A stretch of DNA of 64,000 nucleotides from Tubiluchus corallicola (GCA_030141605.1 JAQGDQ010001076.1:917-64916), one strand, 5' to 3'; shown: positions 1 to 52,170, numbered from the stretch's first letter. Made by a program: numbers and translations. Notes: generated by a model from the sequence alone, not told the origin.

Positions 1-446
1 ATTTTTAAAATTATGACATTTTCTTTATAATCCAGAGAAAAGAATATACATGTAGTTTAATTAGCGGGCAACAAAATAAGGTCAATCTTGATTAAACTAA
101 AAATAGCATTTAGATTTTATGTGAAATACAGGTCAAAATTGTTATGAAATGATAAAAACACTTTGGGTTAATAATGCTATTAATCAACAACAGGAGTTAA
201 ATACATTTTGATTTGAGTTCAACTTCATTATTTCTAGGTTTATTGATTAAGAACAAATCTACTGACTTGGACAATAACAATAAATAATATAATTCTCAAT
301 ATACTGATAAGACAAACATTTAGCTATACAGGTTTTTTAGTAATAGTATTTTCATGGTGATTTTTGCACGTAGAGTTTGTTTATTGGTGATTTGCTTTTT
401 CTAAACTGTCACTCTTTTGCAAACTTGGTGTATTGATTTCTTTCAG

Positions 447-587
447 TCAAAGATCTCAATCTGTCGATCACAGTCACTGCAACGGAGTAGGTAGCATGCA
501 CACTGCCGCCTGTCCACTCAGAATGACCAAATCATTCCGTCATCACCCTCACAATAGGCACGGTTCGGTTTCGAGCCATCGTTCTCG
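447..587 (+). CDS. Exon-like segment on the opposite strand (QRSQSVDHSHCNGVGSMH...RHGSVSSHRS), possibly an inverted Cav3 linker exon
   Basis: ttgatttctttcag| acceptor, CG|gtatgc donor, 141 nt open frame, phase 2-2, GC island in AT-rich DNA. Confidence 0.45.
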
Positions 588-695
588 GTATGCTCTCCGT
601 TTTTTTTGTCTAAACATTTGAAATTTAGGGCCCGTCCTGTTTGCCAACTAAGGATCAGTGAAATTAAACATTAGTACAGATATTCTGTTGATATT

Positions 696-1432
696 GTTTA
701 GTTTAAACATTAAATTATAGGATTGGATCAGACAGTTTGAACAACATGATTTAGGATCCTCACCACAACAGACTTTATACACACTATTTACAAAAACATT
801 TACAGTAAGAATAGACTATAACTATACAAGCTGACAAGTTTTACTACAAGATTACATTAGATATTAGTAACATTTACAGTAAGAATAGACTATAACTACA
901 CAAGCTGACAAGTTTCACTACAAGATTACATTAGATATTAGTAACATTTACAGTAAGAATAGACTATAACTACACAAGCTGACAAGTTTTACTACAAGAT
1001 TACATTAGACATTAGTAACATTTACAGTAAGAATAGACTATAACTACACAAGCTGACAAGTTTTACTACAAGATTACATTAGACATTAGTAACATTTACA
1101 GTAAGAATAGACTATAACTGCACAAGCTGACAAGTTTTACTACAAGATTACATTAGACATTAGTAACATTTACAGTAAGAATAGACTATAACTACACAAG
1201 CTGACAAGTTTTACTACAAGATTACATTAGACATTAGTAACATTTACAGTAAGAATAGACTATAACTACACAAGCTGACAAGTTTTACTACAAGATTACA
1301 TTAGACATTAGTAACATTTCCAGTAAGAATAGACTATAACTACACAAGCTGACAAGTTTTACTACAAGATTACATTAGACATTAGTAACATTTACAGTAA
1401 GAATAGACTATAACTACACAAGCTGACAAGTT
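696..1432. repeat. Dispersed repeat carrying a 74-bp tandem array (~8.5 copies)
   Basis: Unit acatttacagtaagaatagactataactacacaagctgacaagttttactacaagattacattagacattagta from 796; ~100-bp leader shared with the copy at 62545. Confidence 0.9.
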
Positions 1433-1447
1433 AGATAAGTCATCTAC

Positions 1448-38632
<37,185 letters not shown>

Positions 38633-38654
38633 GTGCATCGAAGTTAAGGAAAAA
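38633..38654 (-). other. U12-type (minor spliceosome) branch site and AC 3' splice site
   Basis: Minus strand reads TTTTTCCTTAACttcgatgcAC|TTGGTTTGAA; consensus U12 branch site just upstream of AC, at the Pro|WFE junction. Confidence 0.9.
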
Positions 38655-41362
38655 TACTGAATACAGTAAGACTATAAAGTGTCTACAGTGTGTGTAACAC
38701 TATTTAGGCCTAAATAGTAGCACTGGAGGATAATAAATTACAAGTTCATTCAAAATTTGGTTAACCTACTGCTAGAAGAACGCACAAGCTAATAAACCAA
38801 ATTATTTATTTTTCCCAAAACAAAAAGCAATTATACAAACAACATTCTAAGTAACTTAGAATATATAAGACGTTTTCCGAGACTGCAATCGACTCAATCA
38901 TATATAAATCACATAATCGCAATCGGTTATAAAAATAAAAACAATCGTGTGTTAGTAAAGCGAGTCATTATAGGCCTACTTAGAATTCTATTACCTGCTA
39001 GCCTACTAATTACTATACTATAGTAGTACTAGTAGTGCCAGTTAGCACTAACGGCATACCAGCTAGCTACTGCACCCCCTAACTCTTTCCTTTATGCATA
39101 ATTTATCCTTTTTAATTAATAACTAGATCAATAAGTCTACTTGTATTCTGGTGTAAATGAGGAGATAAATAAAATATCTATGTCTATACTGTTATTCGTT
39201 TTAGACAATGATAAAGCAATTATCTAGCGAAAGATTACCTTAAGCCAGCATTTCAAATGAATCAAACTGAAACTACACATATTTAAGTTTCAACGCGGCG
39301 AGAAGAATATTAATTTCTCTTTCGTAGGCGGTTATTGTGACCACCAAAACTGTGACGGACATCTTTCCTTCGCGAAGACGGCAAAGGACTTGGTTTAAAT
39401 AGTTTTATTTATCGTACACTTTTTTCAGCTTTCCCTTCAGATACCTTTATAGTTTGTCCCAGCCTCATTTTTGAATCGCAAATTTTTCTACTACAAAAAT
39501 TGTTATCACTGTTTTACAATAGTTATTGATTTATGATAGTTCCTCCAGGACTTTGTAACTAATGGTGTATGAAGGAAAAAGCGGTTTTTGACCAATTTAT
39601 CATCAAAAACAACACTAGCGTTCTTGTCAGCAGTCTTTGCCACTTTCCAGCATTAGCAGGAAACAATATGGTGACATATACGACAAACGTTTAAACTAGT
39701 TGTAGATAATCTATTTTTGTACATTGTATTTTACGGTTTGCATTATTTTGCCAAAAACATCATAGAATGATCATGTTAATAATTATAATGATCATTTTGC
39801 TGTACCCATAGACAATGTCTTATCCCCAGCCTTTAGTAAGCGCGAAGCACGAATAACTAGACTTTAAAGAAAAACGATAGTTCTGGAAGAATAACTAAAA
39901 TCATGTCCTAGTAATTAATTCAATAGCATGGCATAGCGCATACAGAGGCTTTTTAATCTGCAACTCATTTTATTCGAATTCATTTTAATAACTACATCTC
40001 AATATTTAAAGGTTTTTAAAGGACCAGTAAAGAACAACCAATCACTTGCATTAATTTACTCATGAAACTCGGGTCAGGATCAAATTTATTATTAATCGGG
40101 CCAACAAACATTAGATCAATACCTGCAATGATTTATTGTTAGTAATAAATCTTAAATACCATCAGTAATGTTGACACAAATGTAAGTCTTCGATCTACAC
40201 AGCATAATAGTTGATCGGTAATAACTGTAGTAACTGGGCTTTCATTAATAGTAAATATAAATATACCAAGAATATTAATATAGTAAATATTATTAAAAAT
40301 GCGACAGAAGAAAGATTTTATACTCTTTCGTTTGTCTTTACAACCATCCGACATTGATGTAATTCCTGGATCACGATACGGAAAAGTCGTGAATCATTCT
40401 CTTTATAAACACCATTCTCACGTAAGTCCTTCACCAGGGAATCACTTGTTGAGGAAATATTGCGAGTAATAGTCACAAGATGATATTATGGGCATTATAG
40501 TTATACGATTACGATTTAGCAGCTAATGCAAACGCGATCATATCAAACCTAACGAACATCCGTCAACGTGTTAGAATAATGAGACTTAAAACGTAGAAGG
40601 AAACAAAAATGGCTACATAACCACAATGAGACTTTGCAAAGACAGCAAACACAAAAGGAAAACGACCTCGAAGAATCAGTAAATCCTTCCAGCTCTGTTG
40701 ATAAATGCCATAAATTAGCTGTACGTCTCTTTTATTCGTGGAAAATTTATTCATCAACAGACAATAATAACAATCCCCTTAATTAAGGGCAAGCGGCCAT
40801 AAGAGAGACTGGTGGTATTAGGAATCAGATTAAGGTATTTAAAGTAGTTTTAGTGTAATGCACTGTGTGAAGCTTTAGTGTAGCGCATTGTCTGTTACTT
40901 ATTTTCATTTTTATGTTATTATTTTGCAGATACTAACTTGCACACAGCAGTTTTGCATAAAGCAGCGTATCACGTTTAATTTTTACTGCAAATTAGCAGT
41001 AACATTGATGGTTAATCCTCAATGCTTGCACTTTACGGTAAATGGTTAGAAAGAATTCTTTATAAAAGTTTTAAAAAAGAGAAAATTTTCACAGACCATT
41101 ATTTTTTATAATGTTCAAAGTTATTTTTTAGCAAAAATCCGCTTCAGCAGGCCCAACAGCAAAGTGTAATTATATTATTAAAATTCTAACCAGAAAAACT
41201 GTAAAACTAGGTTGTCATGGCAACAAGAAGCTGTTATAATAGCTTGCATGCGCTAAGCATAAAAAAGATTATGAACTTTCGCGTCAATTTGTTTTTCTAA
41301 CCTTTTAGCGATTAATTAACATTAACGGAGATCAACTTTCACAAGTCACGTAAAATGGTTAA

Positions 41363-42330
41363 AGCACAAGTAAACCTTCCACTTACATAAACGTTGAAAA
41401 ATTCGTCTCGAAATTTTATACCACTTACATACTGCCTTCTTTCATGCAGGGCTTGCATCGGCAGTAACGCTGTATAAAACTTGTAAATTTAACTCCCGCG
41501 ATGACCAATAGGCGCAGCCGTTTTAATGGTAGGTCGTTTGAAACAAGTTTAGATAACATTAAGTAAAGTTTGAAAAAATAATCAGAGCATTCGTAGCATA
41601 CATGTTGCTAACTAAGTGAAATTTTAAATTACTGTATTTTGTCAATAAGATTAAAAATACGTTTTTGGCTAATATATATATATATATATACTGTATGTAC
41701 GATTAAAATCATGTTTACGCCAATTGGTGAAATGTCGCTGACTCATCCTCCAGGGTGCACCACTCATTAGCCAAAAAACGTATTTTTAATCTTATTGACA
41801 AAATACAGTAATATAAATACAAAATATATATATAACCGACGAGGCTACAGATGCAACGACCACACCATTCTCGATGATTTGTACGTCAAATGAAAGTCTC
41901 CACCCATCGGTTCGGGCCTGGGGGCTTATTTTTTGAATCGGGACCACCAGGAGGAACGGGGGCGAAAAACCTCCAAAAATGGCCATATTTGCCCATTTTT
42001 TTGCAAAGCTTATACCTCTTATTTCTAGAGAACCGGCTTAGGCCGCGGGTGTCATTATTATTTCTAATAACGTAGGCCTTTCCAGCAGATAGGCGAAACG
42101 CTAAGTAATACAGATTTGCACGGACAAGATTTTTGGGACATAATTTGACATTGTCTTTTCTTCCACTGATTTACGTTGTACGTAAGTGACGTCATATAAT
42201 GGCGCGTCGGAACAGTGTTGTGGGAGATATAAAATGAAAACAAACAAAAATTCCTCTTAACGCGAGCGTGATATACGCATAAAATTGCTGTAAAATTCAA
42301 GGCGATTTTTCTGAAACCCGCTTCAGGTTT
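41363..42330. mobile_element. Rearranged copy of the TTAA-flanked (Kolobok-like) MITE family
   Basis: TTAA|AGCACAAG start; homologous to 51503 and 55636; internal inverted duplication (~41630-41673 vs ~41767-41812). Confidence 0.65.
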
Positions 42331-44294
42331 TCTTAAGCCGCTGATAACTAATTCTTGAAAGATAAAATTACCTTCTCTGCCACAGATCGTGCCTTACACA
42401 CATTGGGACAAAAAATTCTTTAGATAATTTTAGCTGGTTACTTTAAATCGTTTCTCTTCATTATAACATGGACCTATATCTCATACGAGATATCTCATAT
42501 CTCTACAGATCTCACGAGCGAAAAAGAATTCTGAGTCAGCAAAATTACAGACGTTTAAATAATGTTTATTTGGTGCCTGAGATATAATCTTGCCATTTAG
42601 TTGCGTATTTGCTACGTAATGCGCAATATTACGCAAGTTATTTCTGTTGTAAAAGCGTTTCACTGTCTAATTAAGCGTTTACGATTGGTGCGAAATTGTT
42701 GGCAGGCTGTTATGCGAAAAAAATCACGTTTTGCGGGTATGATAACACAGTATGATAACACGTACAGATCAGAGAGACTATCATGCATATTTATTAAAGC
42801 TATAAAAAACGTAAGCGTTACGAAACTGGAATTTAATGCATAAGAACATACATAGGCATCACAATCTCAAGGAAGCCGTGCTACAGGAATACTTGGCTTC
42901 ATGTCCGTTTCGCGCTCAAAGGACTATTTTATTTTTACTTTGTTTTTGTTTTGCTGATACCAGATGGCAACAGGTGCGGCGCACATGGCTGTGCTTGTCA
43001 CGTGACACGATTTTTTCTTTAATTATTTTCAGTCATGAAATCGAAAGGGAAACAAATCTGCGCTGTTTTATTTCACTGAAATCCATGCACAGCTGCATGC
43101 TAGACCAATTTCATTTAGTTATTACAATCAATCATTGCTTACGTCATCGTTCTATTCAAACAATCACGATACTTGCTTTTCTGACCGGGCATATTTTTCT
43201 TTTTCGTGCTCCAACCTAATACCGACTGTATTGTTTTACAGTAAACTTTCAATTCATACAAGACCTATTTGTCATAATAAAACTGCGCGAGCGACTATAA
43301 AAATATAAATTGCATTTATTTTATTTTATGGCGATTCACATTTTTACTGCAAGCTCTGATTAATGGGCTCTACTGATGACATTTTTAGCTTTGAAGGTCA
43401 GACGCTCCGCTAGAAAATTTCGCCACTAGAAAATTGCTTGTACAATAAAGATTAAATCATCTAATATCAGAAACATGAAGTGATAGACTTATATTGCGTT
43501 TAGCAACATAATTATACTAGATTACATGGCCGATTGGTCAAGAGTCCCATAGTATTAAGTTCAAGACTAGCGGCTGCCAATGCCAGGGTAACATACCCTA
43601 TGTGTGCCGTTTTGTGCAAGTCGCTAAATAGCCGTTAGTCCTAACCAGTGGCGGCTCGTGTATAGGTACTGTAGTACTGCAGCACCCCCTGTTTTCACTC
43701 ACTAACTTTTGGTCAGCACCGTTAAACTGGTGCATTGTATCAATTTCATTCTTTTTTTCCATATACACGTTTTTCTACACTATAACCATTGTGAATAACA
43801 ACTGAACGCATTAAGTATGTTATCAACGAAGTGTGAATCACTTTTATGTTCCCCAATGTTCATTTACTGAGGGCTTCACGTGCCTGTAAATTATCCTGCA
43901 GCCGAGGCAGCTGCAAATGCTGGCTAATCATCCATGCATTCTTGTCGACCGACTGACCAAATAGGTCCTTAACATACGTGTGTGGCAAACGTAATAATTA
44001 TATTAACGGCGAAGTCGAGTGAGAGGCATGCGGCTTGGGTTTCCTTCAATCATCACCAAAAGAAAGCCGATTAAATTGAATAGCTGACGAGAGGCCGATC
44101 GATGATTAATTATCTGCTGTACCTATAACGTGTACTGTAACCGGTTGGCTTCGTTGATGAAGCCACCTGTCAAGCTTGGCGAAAATTAAATGGTTTCGTT
44201 CTTGGCAAAACTTGAGAGTGAAGAGACGTGAGTGTTGCAAATGACGAAGCGTTTTAAAGCATCAAATTATGACAACGATTATGACAACAATCTT

Positions 44295-44373
44295 TACAAC
44301 ATGCAATTATGACGTCATTAAAGCGTCAACATGCAATTATGACGCTTTAGTGACGTCATAATTGCATGTTGTA
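44295..44373. other. Near-perfect palindrome, 34-bp arms, 11-nt loop
   Basis: tacaacatgcaattatgacgtcattaaagcgtca / tgacgctttagtgacgtcataattgcatgttgta, one mismatch. Confidence 0.9.
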
Positions 44374-45119
44374 GTGGGTGCATAGGCCCTTTTTTGGTTT
44401 TAATTTAGTTCTCAATTACTGCCACGGTGCTGCCACCTGTTTGTTTATTTAGTAGGCTTTTTACCTTTTACAGTAGTCACTCTTTTAAAATTGAAGCACC
44501 TAATATCCTTGAATACATTGGCATTTTGGCCTTTCGTGAGCTATAGCTGTAGTAGTTGTACGACATTTTACCCGTCTTTTGATTCTCTCCGCCATTGCTC
44601 TATTTTTCTGACTGTGATGAGCATTATGACCGTAAATTTCTTACGAATTTATTTTTGTGACGTCGCTGTTCTTAAGGCTACTTGGAATTCTCATTCCTGT
44701 CTTTGTAACTGTTAAAGGCTCTAACAACGTAAGTTATTGTTAATTAATTTCAATATAGTCTACATAATTTTTATATCAGTTCTTAGTTATAGAAATACAT
44801 TGAATCATGCAACTAATCTTCTTCTATTCAATGCAAATTAAACTAATTGTTAATAATTGTATTTCAGAATAAAGAAACTTTTGGCCAACACGTTAAACTG
44901 GTGTTTTGCATCCATTTCACTCTCTATGTTACTACACGCAGTTGACTGGTTTGGGAAACTTAACGCAGTCAATAGGACAATTCTATGAGAGCTTCTTGAC
45001 CCGCAGAATTACAAAAACGCTGCAATAATAATAGTCCGTATTTAAAGCAAACGACATGAATTCTTGATGCAAAACTTAATGATGATTATTGATTAAGAAC
45101 TTCTAATAAATTAATAAGT

Positions 45120-45680
45120 TCCAAACTGCCATTTTCATGAACAAATTCTCTCATAAATTATTGCCTCCCTTATTTACTGATTATTTTTGTTTGAATGCTG
45201 AGATACATAATTACGGCACACGTTATAGGCTGAACTATCACTACATACAGTGCAAGACTAATGTTAGAAAATTTTCTATTAAATACAATTGCCCTTACAT
45301 ATGGAATTCAATTGCTCCAGCTATTAAAAATGCCAACTCGCTGTCCATATTTAAAATAAAAATTATAAATTAAACTTACTTGAAACATATAACTGATCAC
45401 TCAATCATGATTTGTCGTTTTTCATTTTCAAAAACTTCCCCTCTAGTATAATAATATTTTTATTACTTCCCACCCGTATTTACATTTGTATATGTTGTAA
45501 TATTGTATCTGTATATATTGTAATTTTTTTCGTAACTAATTCTAGTGGCCTACCATAAGCTAGCTTCTTAGGTCTCTAGCCCAGAATTCATGAATTGTAT
45601 CATATTTTTGTATTATATTTTGATTATCGATGCACATGTAATGTATATGTTTATTGCGAAATAAATCTATTAAATCTAAC
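45120..45680 (+). mobile_element. CR1/L2-like LINE 3' fragment
   Basis: LLPPLFTDYF...HNYGTR...KTNVRKFSIKY..P.IWNSI...SLSIFK is typical of LINE ORF2 C-termini; 3' UTR similar to 38125-38245. Confidence 0.75.
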
Positions 45681-47339
45681 TAATGCTTATACTTAATGTA
45701 TGTCAATCTTCTATCATGATTAAATTATTTATGTTCGCACAGTAACCGATACTCGGTGTGGTCTTCAAACACTTCGACGTTTTTTATGATTTTGGTCCTA
45801 GAAAGATTTTTCACATATGGCATAATAATATAGGCCAATGTTAGGGAAATCAAGCGTTAAAAAATCAGGTCACACTAATCTAGTTAAATTCAACGTTTAC
45901 GAAGTTTGATGTAAACAAATTTATTCATCGTATCCGCTCGTGTTATTGATCAGCGCCTGTTCACGACTTCAAGAATGCACCATTGCACCCTTGCACCCTT
46001 TCAAGTTGCGCCGTAATGATGTTTTTATAATGATTACTTGATAAACGTGAACAATTAGTAAGATCTCTGGAGATTTCAATTACTGCTAGATCGATGAGTA
46101 AGTTTATCAGCCTTTGCAAATTCTGTTTTATCTAATCAAAACAGAGTTACTGGTTGCACCAAAACTTTACAACATTCCAAAAGCTAATTGCTCTGGGAGT
46201 ATGTTGAACTTTTGCCTTTTAACATTCGATAAACGTCATGTGGAAGAAATGATCAGCTGTTGCATTGCAACAACCTTTTCTTCTTAAACTTTTCCGTGTT
46301 TTTACGGACAGTAGACCCGTGTAAATGCTTATTTCACCATGTTTTTTCGTCATCACCTTCTAGAGGACAAGAAAAGGGGTACCCGAAGTAGGATTCAGAA
46401 AAATCGCCTTAAAAATTATACTACTTTAGAACATTTTTATGCATATATCGCGAATGGCGTGAAAAGAAAGTTTTGTTTGTTTTGTATGAGATATGTACGC
46501 CGTTTCGTATGAGATATGATACACGTTATAATGAAGAGAAAAGAATTTAAAATAACTAGCTAAAATTATCTAAAGAATTTTTTGTCCCAATATATATATG
46601 CTTATTGACTGATTAAACGATAGTCGAACATGATATTTTAGTTCAGTCCATAGATCACTACAAGAAAGGACTTTTGATCATATAACATGATCATTACTGT
46701 CCAAAAACAGCTCAAGGGTTATTTACAAATTCACGATAAACACTTTAGATCACATAACGTGATCATTACTGCCCAAAAATCGCTAAAGAGTTATTTACAA
46801 ATTCACAATATGACAATGGGTTTCCATTGATACAAGATTCGCTTTAATATGTGAGTCTCCACGACTGGTTTTAGGGTGCGACCCTGACTGGGGTTCCAGA
46901 CCCTGTTGCAGATTATCATAGCGTAAACAGCCCGAAGGAAAGATCCCGTAATATCAACCACGTGTATTGCAATTTTAGCAGAGCCCAGCCCGTGAAGCCA
47001 GACACACTGTATTCACATATCATCGCGTTACCTGCAGCTAATCAATATACATGGTTGAATCCCTAACACGATGATTGATGGGACAATGGAACAGTTGCTT
47101 CCTGTAACGGCGACTTCGATTTCTTTTCAGCTGAAAGATTATAATCGATCTCACGCAGGTTTCCCTTTCACCCCGCTAATCACTTCTCAATCGCATCGCC
47201 CGAAGAAGCCAGCACTGGCTAATCGGGCTTCATTCGTACTGCCGCTTGTATTCTTCATTTGACTACAGCGCAATCTGACAAAGTTAAATGAATAATAATA
47301 TCAAACTGCATTGTTCTGTAATTAGCACCAATCATATAA

Positions 47340-48014
<675 letters not shown>

Positions 48015-48019
48015 ATGTA

Positions 48020-48240
48020 ACAGGTATCTTAAAACATAATCTTTAAATGAGTTCTTAACCTTTAATTTTACATTTTCGTTTAGATCTACAGTACAACCAT
48101 ATTTAAATCTTAAATTTACTTGACTGTTATTTACATAGTAGCATAGCTTTGGAATTCTCAATGTGCAAGACTTTGCAATTTTTCTCACGCGATTTAATTT
48201 TCGACTATCTATTAAATAATTCGCAGGCATTGTGCCAAAA
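48020..48240 (-). mobile_element. Degenerate LINE fragment, duplicated at 51120-51290
   Basis: Two near-identical ~170-bp segments, each next to a microsatellite. Confidence 0.55.
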
Positions 48241-48828
48241 AATACATTAACAATTCTACGCTTTCATTTTGTCTAAAACCGAATATTTTTTATAAGCAGT
48301 GTTCCATTTTACCCTAATGGCATTAATTTCATTGTTTGAAATGTCCCAAATTTTTAATCCGTATAATAAAATTAGTAGACAATATGTATTTATCAGAGTC
48401 TTATCTACTATGGCATTACAATTATGGCGATAATGGAGATGTTCTCATATATATGACAGGTATTTTCTCTGCTGATTGTAGAAATTGTAAAAGAACATTG
48501 TACATCAGAAAAAACTCTTTTGTAAGGAAAGCATTTACTGATTACCACGAAAAATTAATCTATCGACAGTTTTTTGCAGGTCAAGTGCATTTTCTTGCGC
48601 AGCAGAGGAAGTAGAACATCAATCTTTCCTTTTTACTCGATACCATTTGCTCGTAAAGCCTCGTAATTCTTGCTATAAAAACGTTAGCATAATTAAGCAA
48701 ATGCAGTCTAGGCTTTTAGGAAAAGCTGTGAATATTAGAACAGCATTCGAAGGTAGATTTCAATTCATAAAACGAGTAGGAAACTTGTTAATCAACAAAA
48801 CTATTGGAGGTGTTAGTGATTGATTGGT

Positions 48829-49298
48829 GATTGATCGTTAGTGATTGATTGTTAGTGATTGATTGTTAGTGATTGATTAGTGATTGATCGTTAGTGATTG
48901 ATTAGTGATTGATCGTTAGTGATTGATTGTTAGTGACTGATTAGTGATTGATCGTTAGTGATTGATTGTTAGTGATTGATTAGTGATTGATCGTTAGTGA
49001 TTGATTGTCAGTGATTGATTAGTGATTGATCGTTAGTGATTGATTGTCAGTGATTGATTGTTAGTGATTGATCGTTAGTGATTGATTGGTGATTGATCGT
49101 TAGTGATTGATTAGTGATTGATTAGTGATTGATCGTTAGTGACTGATTAGTGATTGATCGTTAGTGATTGATTAGTGATTGATCATTAGTGATTGATTAG
49201 TGATTGATTAGTGATTGATCGTTAGTGATTGATTAGTGATTGATCGTTAGTGATTGATTAGTGATTGATCGTTAGTGATTGATTGTCAGTGATTGATC
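48829..49298. repeat. Short-period minisatellite (ttagtgattga(tcg))n
   Basis: 11-15 bp variable units. Confidence 0.93.
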
Positions 49299-49478
49299 AC
49301 AAAATTCCTTCCAACTAAATTTTCCACGTTTTTTCACTGTAGCAAATCTTTTCATTGTTCTCAGTGATGGACCTGTGCAAGGTTCAACAGTTTAGTATTC
49401 TCCATTTTTTCATGTTTTAAACTTCATTCTAATGTTTTTACGTTTTTCATTTCGACTAGGGTTAAGCTAAAACGCGTG

Positions 49479-50130
49479 CTTAGAAACGATTCGAGTGACA
49501 ACCTGCATGAGCTCGCGTCCTTAGAAACGATTCGCGTGACAACTTGCATGAGCTCGCGTCCTTGAAAACGATTCGAGTGACAACCTACATGAGCTCGCGT
49601 CCTTAGAAACGATTCGAGTGACAACCTGCATGAGCTCGCGTCCTTAGAAACGATTCGAGTGACAACCTGCATGAGCTCGCATCCTTAGAAACGATTCAAG
49701 TGACAACCTGCATGAGCTCGCGTCCTTAGAAACGATTCGAGTGACAACCTGCATGAGCTCGCGCCCCCAGAAACGATTCAAGTGACAACCTGCATGAGTT
49801 CGCGCCCTTAGAAACGATTCGAGTGACAACCTGCATGAGCTCGCGTCCTTAGAAACGATTCGAGTGACAACCTGCATGAGCTCGCGTCCTTAGAAACGAT
49901 TCGAGTGACAACCAGCATGAGCTCGTGTCCTTAGAAACGATTCGAGTGACAACCTGCATGAGCTCGCATTCTTAGAAACGATTCGAGTGCCAACTTGCAT
50001 GAGCTCGCGTCCTTAGAAACGATTCGAGTGACAACCTGCATCAGCTCGCGTCCTTAGAAACGATTCGAGTGACAACTTGCATGAGCTCGCGTCCTTAGAA
50101 ACGATTCGAGTGACCACTTGCATCAGCTCG
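49479..50130. repeat. 41-bp minisatellite, ~16 copies
   Basis: Unit cttagaaacgattcgagtgacaacctgcatgagctcgcgtc. Confidence 0.95.
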
Positions 50131-50379
50131 TACTTTGTGAAACTACCGAAGCATTTAAATTGAGGAGTCAAACCTTCCCTAATCAGATTAAATTCGCTGA
50201 AAAATCGCCATGCACTTTTCATTTCGAGCAGACGGGAAGGTTTATAATTATTAATCATCAGAAGAAGTGTATTTTCCAGGCAAGCAGGATTCTGTTTATT
50301 TGTCAAATTATTGCTCACAGAAACTGTTTGATACAAAGCAATAATAACTTTCAGTGTGTCAGATACGTGAAGTCATGAA

Positions 50380-50718
50380 GTCGCTGTTTCACCCTCCAGG
50401 GTGCACCACTCACCAAAAACGTATTTTTGTCTTTTTGACGAAATACAGTAATTTTAAATTTCACTCAGTTAGCAACATGTATAGTACGAAAGCTCTGATT
50501 ATTTTTCAAACTTTACAGAATGTTATCTAAACTTGTTTCAAATGACCTACCTTCAAAATGGCTGCAGCAAACGGTCATCGCGGGAGTTTAAATTTACATG
50601 TTTTATACAGCGTTACTGCCAATTGAAGCCTTGCGTGGAAAAAGGTAGTATGTAAGTGGTATAAAATTTCAAGACGAATTTTTTAGGCTTTATGTAAGTG
50701 GAGGGTTTTCTTGTGCTT
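50380..50718. mobile_element. Partial inverted copy of the Kolobok-like MITE family
   Basis: Reverse complement of 51503-51840; tcagatacgtgaagtcatga is duplicated on both flanks. Confidence 0.65.
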
Positions 50719-50963
50719 TGAAATCAGATACGTGAAGTCATGATCACTTATATTAATAAATGATTGTTTTTCTTATGAAGCCTTTATTAGCCCAATATTT
50801 TTAACAAGAAAAATTAGAAATTTATGACGCACGTAGAAAAGTTTACCGTAGCCGTAGGCACAGATGTAGTTAGAAATGGCAAAGGTAATTAGTTTAATTT
50901 CAGAATCGGGAATTTCACGATGCCTGTCTATGATAAGCCTTAAAATGTTTTCATATAACATTA

Positions 50964-51040
<77 letters not shown>

Positions 51041-51502
51041 TTATTATTCAACTTTATAATATCCACACATTGTAGTTCCCTTGTAATTATATTACATTAT
51101 ACAGTGTTGTAAGGAGTTATAATAGATATCTTAAAACATAATCTTTAAATGAGTTCTTAACCTTTAATTTTACATTTTCGTTTGGATCTACAGTACAACC
51201 ATATTTAAATCTTAAATTTACTCGACTGTTATTTACATAGTAGCACAGCTTTGGAATTCTCAATGTGCAAGAGTTTACAATTTTTCTCACAAAATTCAAT
51301 GCCAATTTTATAGCAACACCAAAAATTCGTTTTTAACAAACATGCCTCAAACTGGCAAGAATTTTTTTTTTAATTGGCATGCTCTAATACGTTATTAATT
51401 GGCTGGATAACTAATTTCATTCTTGCTGCTTGTCCAAGTGTTTTATTTTTCCAGCAGCAAAACGCCTGTTCAAACAGAGTAACGTATTTTTGACTTTGTT
51501 AA

Positions 51503-52170
51503 AGTACAAGAAAACCCTCCACTTACATAAAGCTTAAAAAATTCGTCTTGAAGTTTTATATCACTTACATACTACCTTTTTCCATGCAGGCCTTCAATCG
51601 GCAGTCACGCCGTATAAAACATGTAAATTTAAACTACCGCGATGACCGTTAGACGCAGCCATTTTGATGGTAGGTCGTTTGAAATAAGTTTAGGTAACAT
51701 TGAGCAAAGCTTGAAAAATAATCAGTGCTTTCGTAGTATACACTTTGCTAACTGAGTAAAATTTTAAATTACTGTATCTTGTCATAAAGACAAAAATACG
51801 TTTTTGGCGAGAGGCGCACCCTGGAGGGTGAAACACCGACATTTTACGAATTTACACAAACATTTTAAATTATTACTTCTAGTTACGTAAGACTGTCCAG
51901 CAGGTAAACGAAATGCTAAGTAATATAGATTTGCATGGAAAGCTTTTTGGGACATTATTTAATATTTACTTTTCTTCCCCTGATTTACGTTTGTGTAGTG
52001 ACGTCATGTAGTGACGCCATCGAGACAGTTTTGCGGGAGATTTAAAATGAGAACCATCAGAAATTCCATTTAACACGAGAGCTGATGTACGCATAAAAAT
52101 GCTGTAAAGTAGTACAATTTTTTAAGGCGATTCTTCTAAAACCTACTTCAGGTACCCCTTTTCTTGTCCT
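51503..52170. mobile_element. TTAA-flanked MITE (Kolobok-like)
   Basis: TTAA|AGTACAAGAAAA...TTTTCTTGTCCT|TTAA; several copies in window; superfamily inferred from TTAA TSD and purine termini. Confidence 0.7.
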
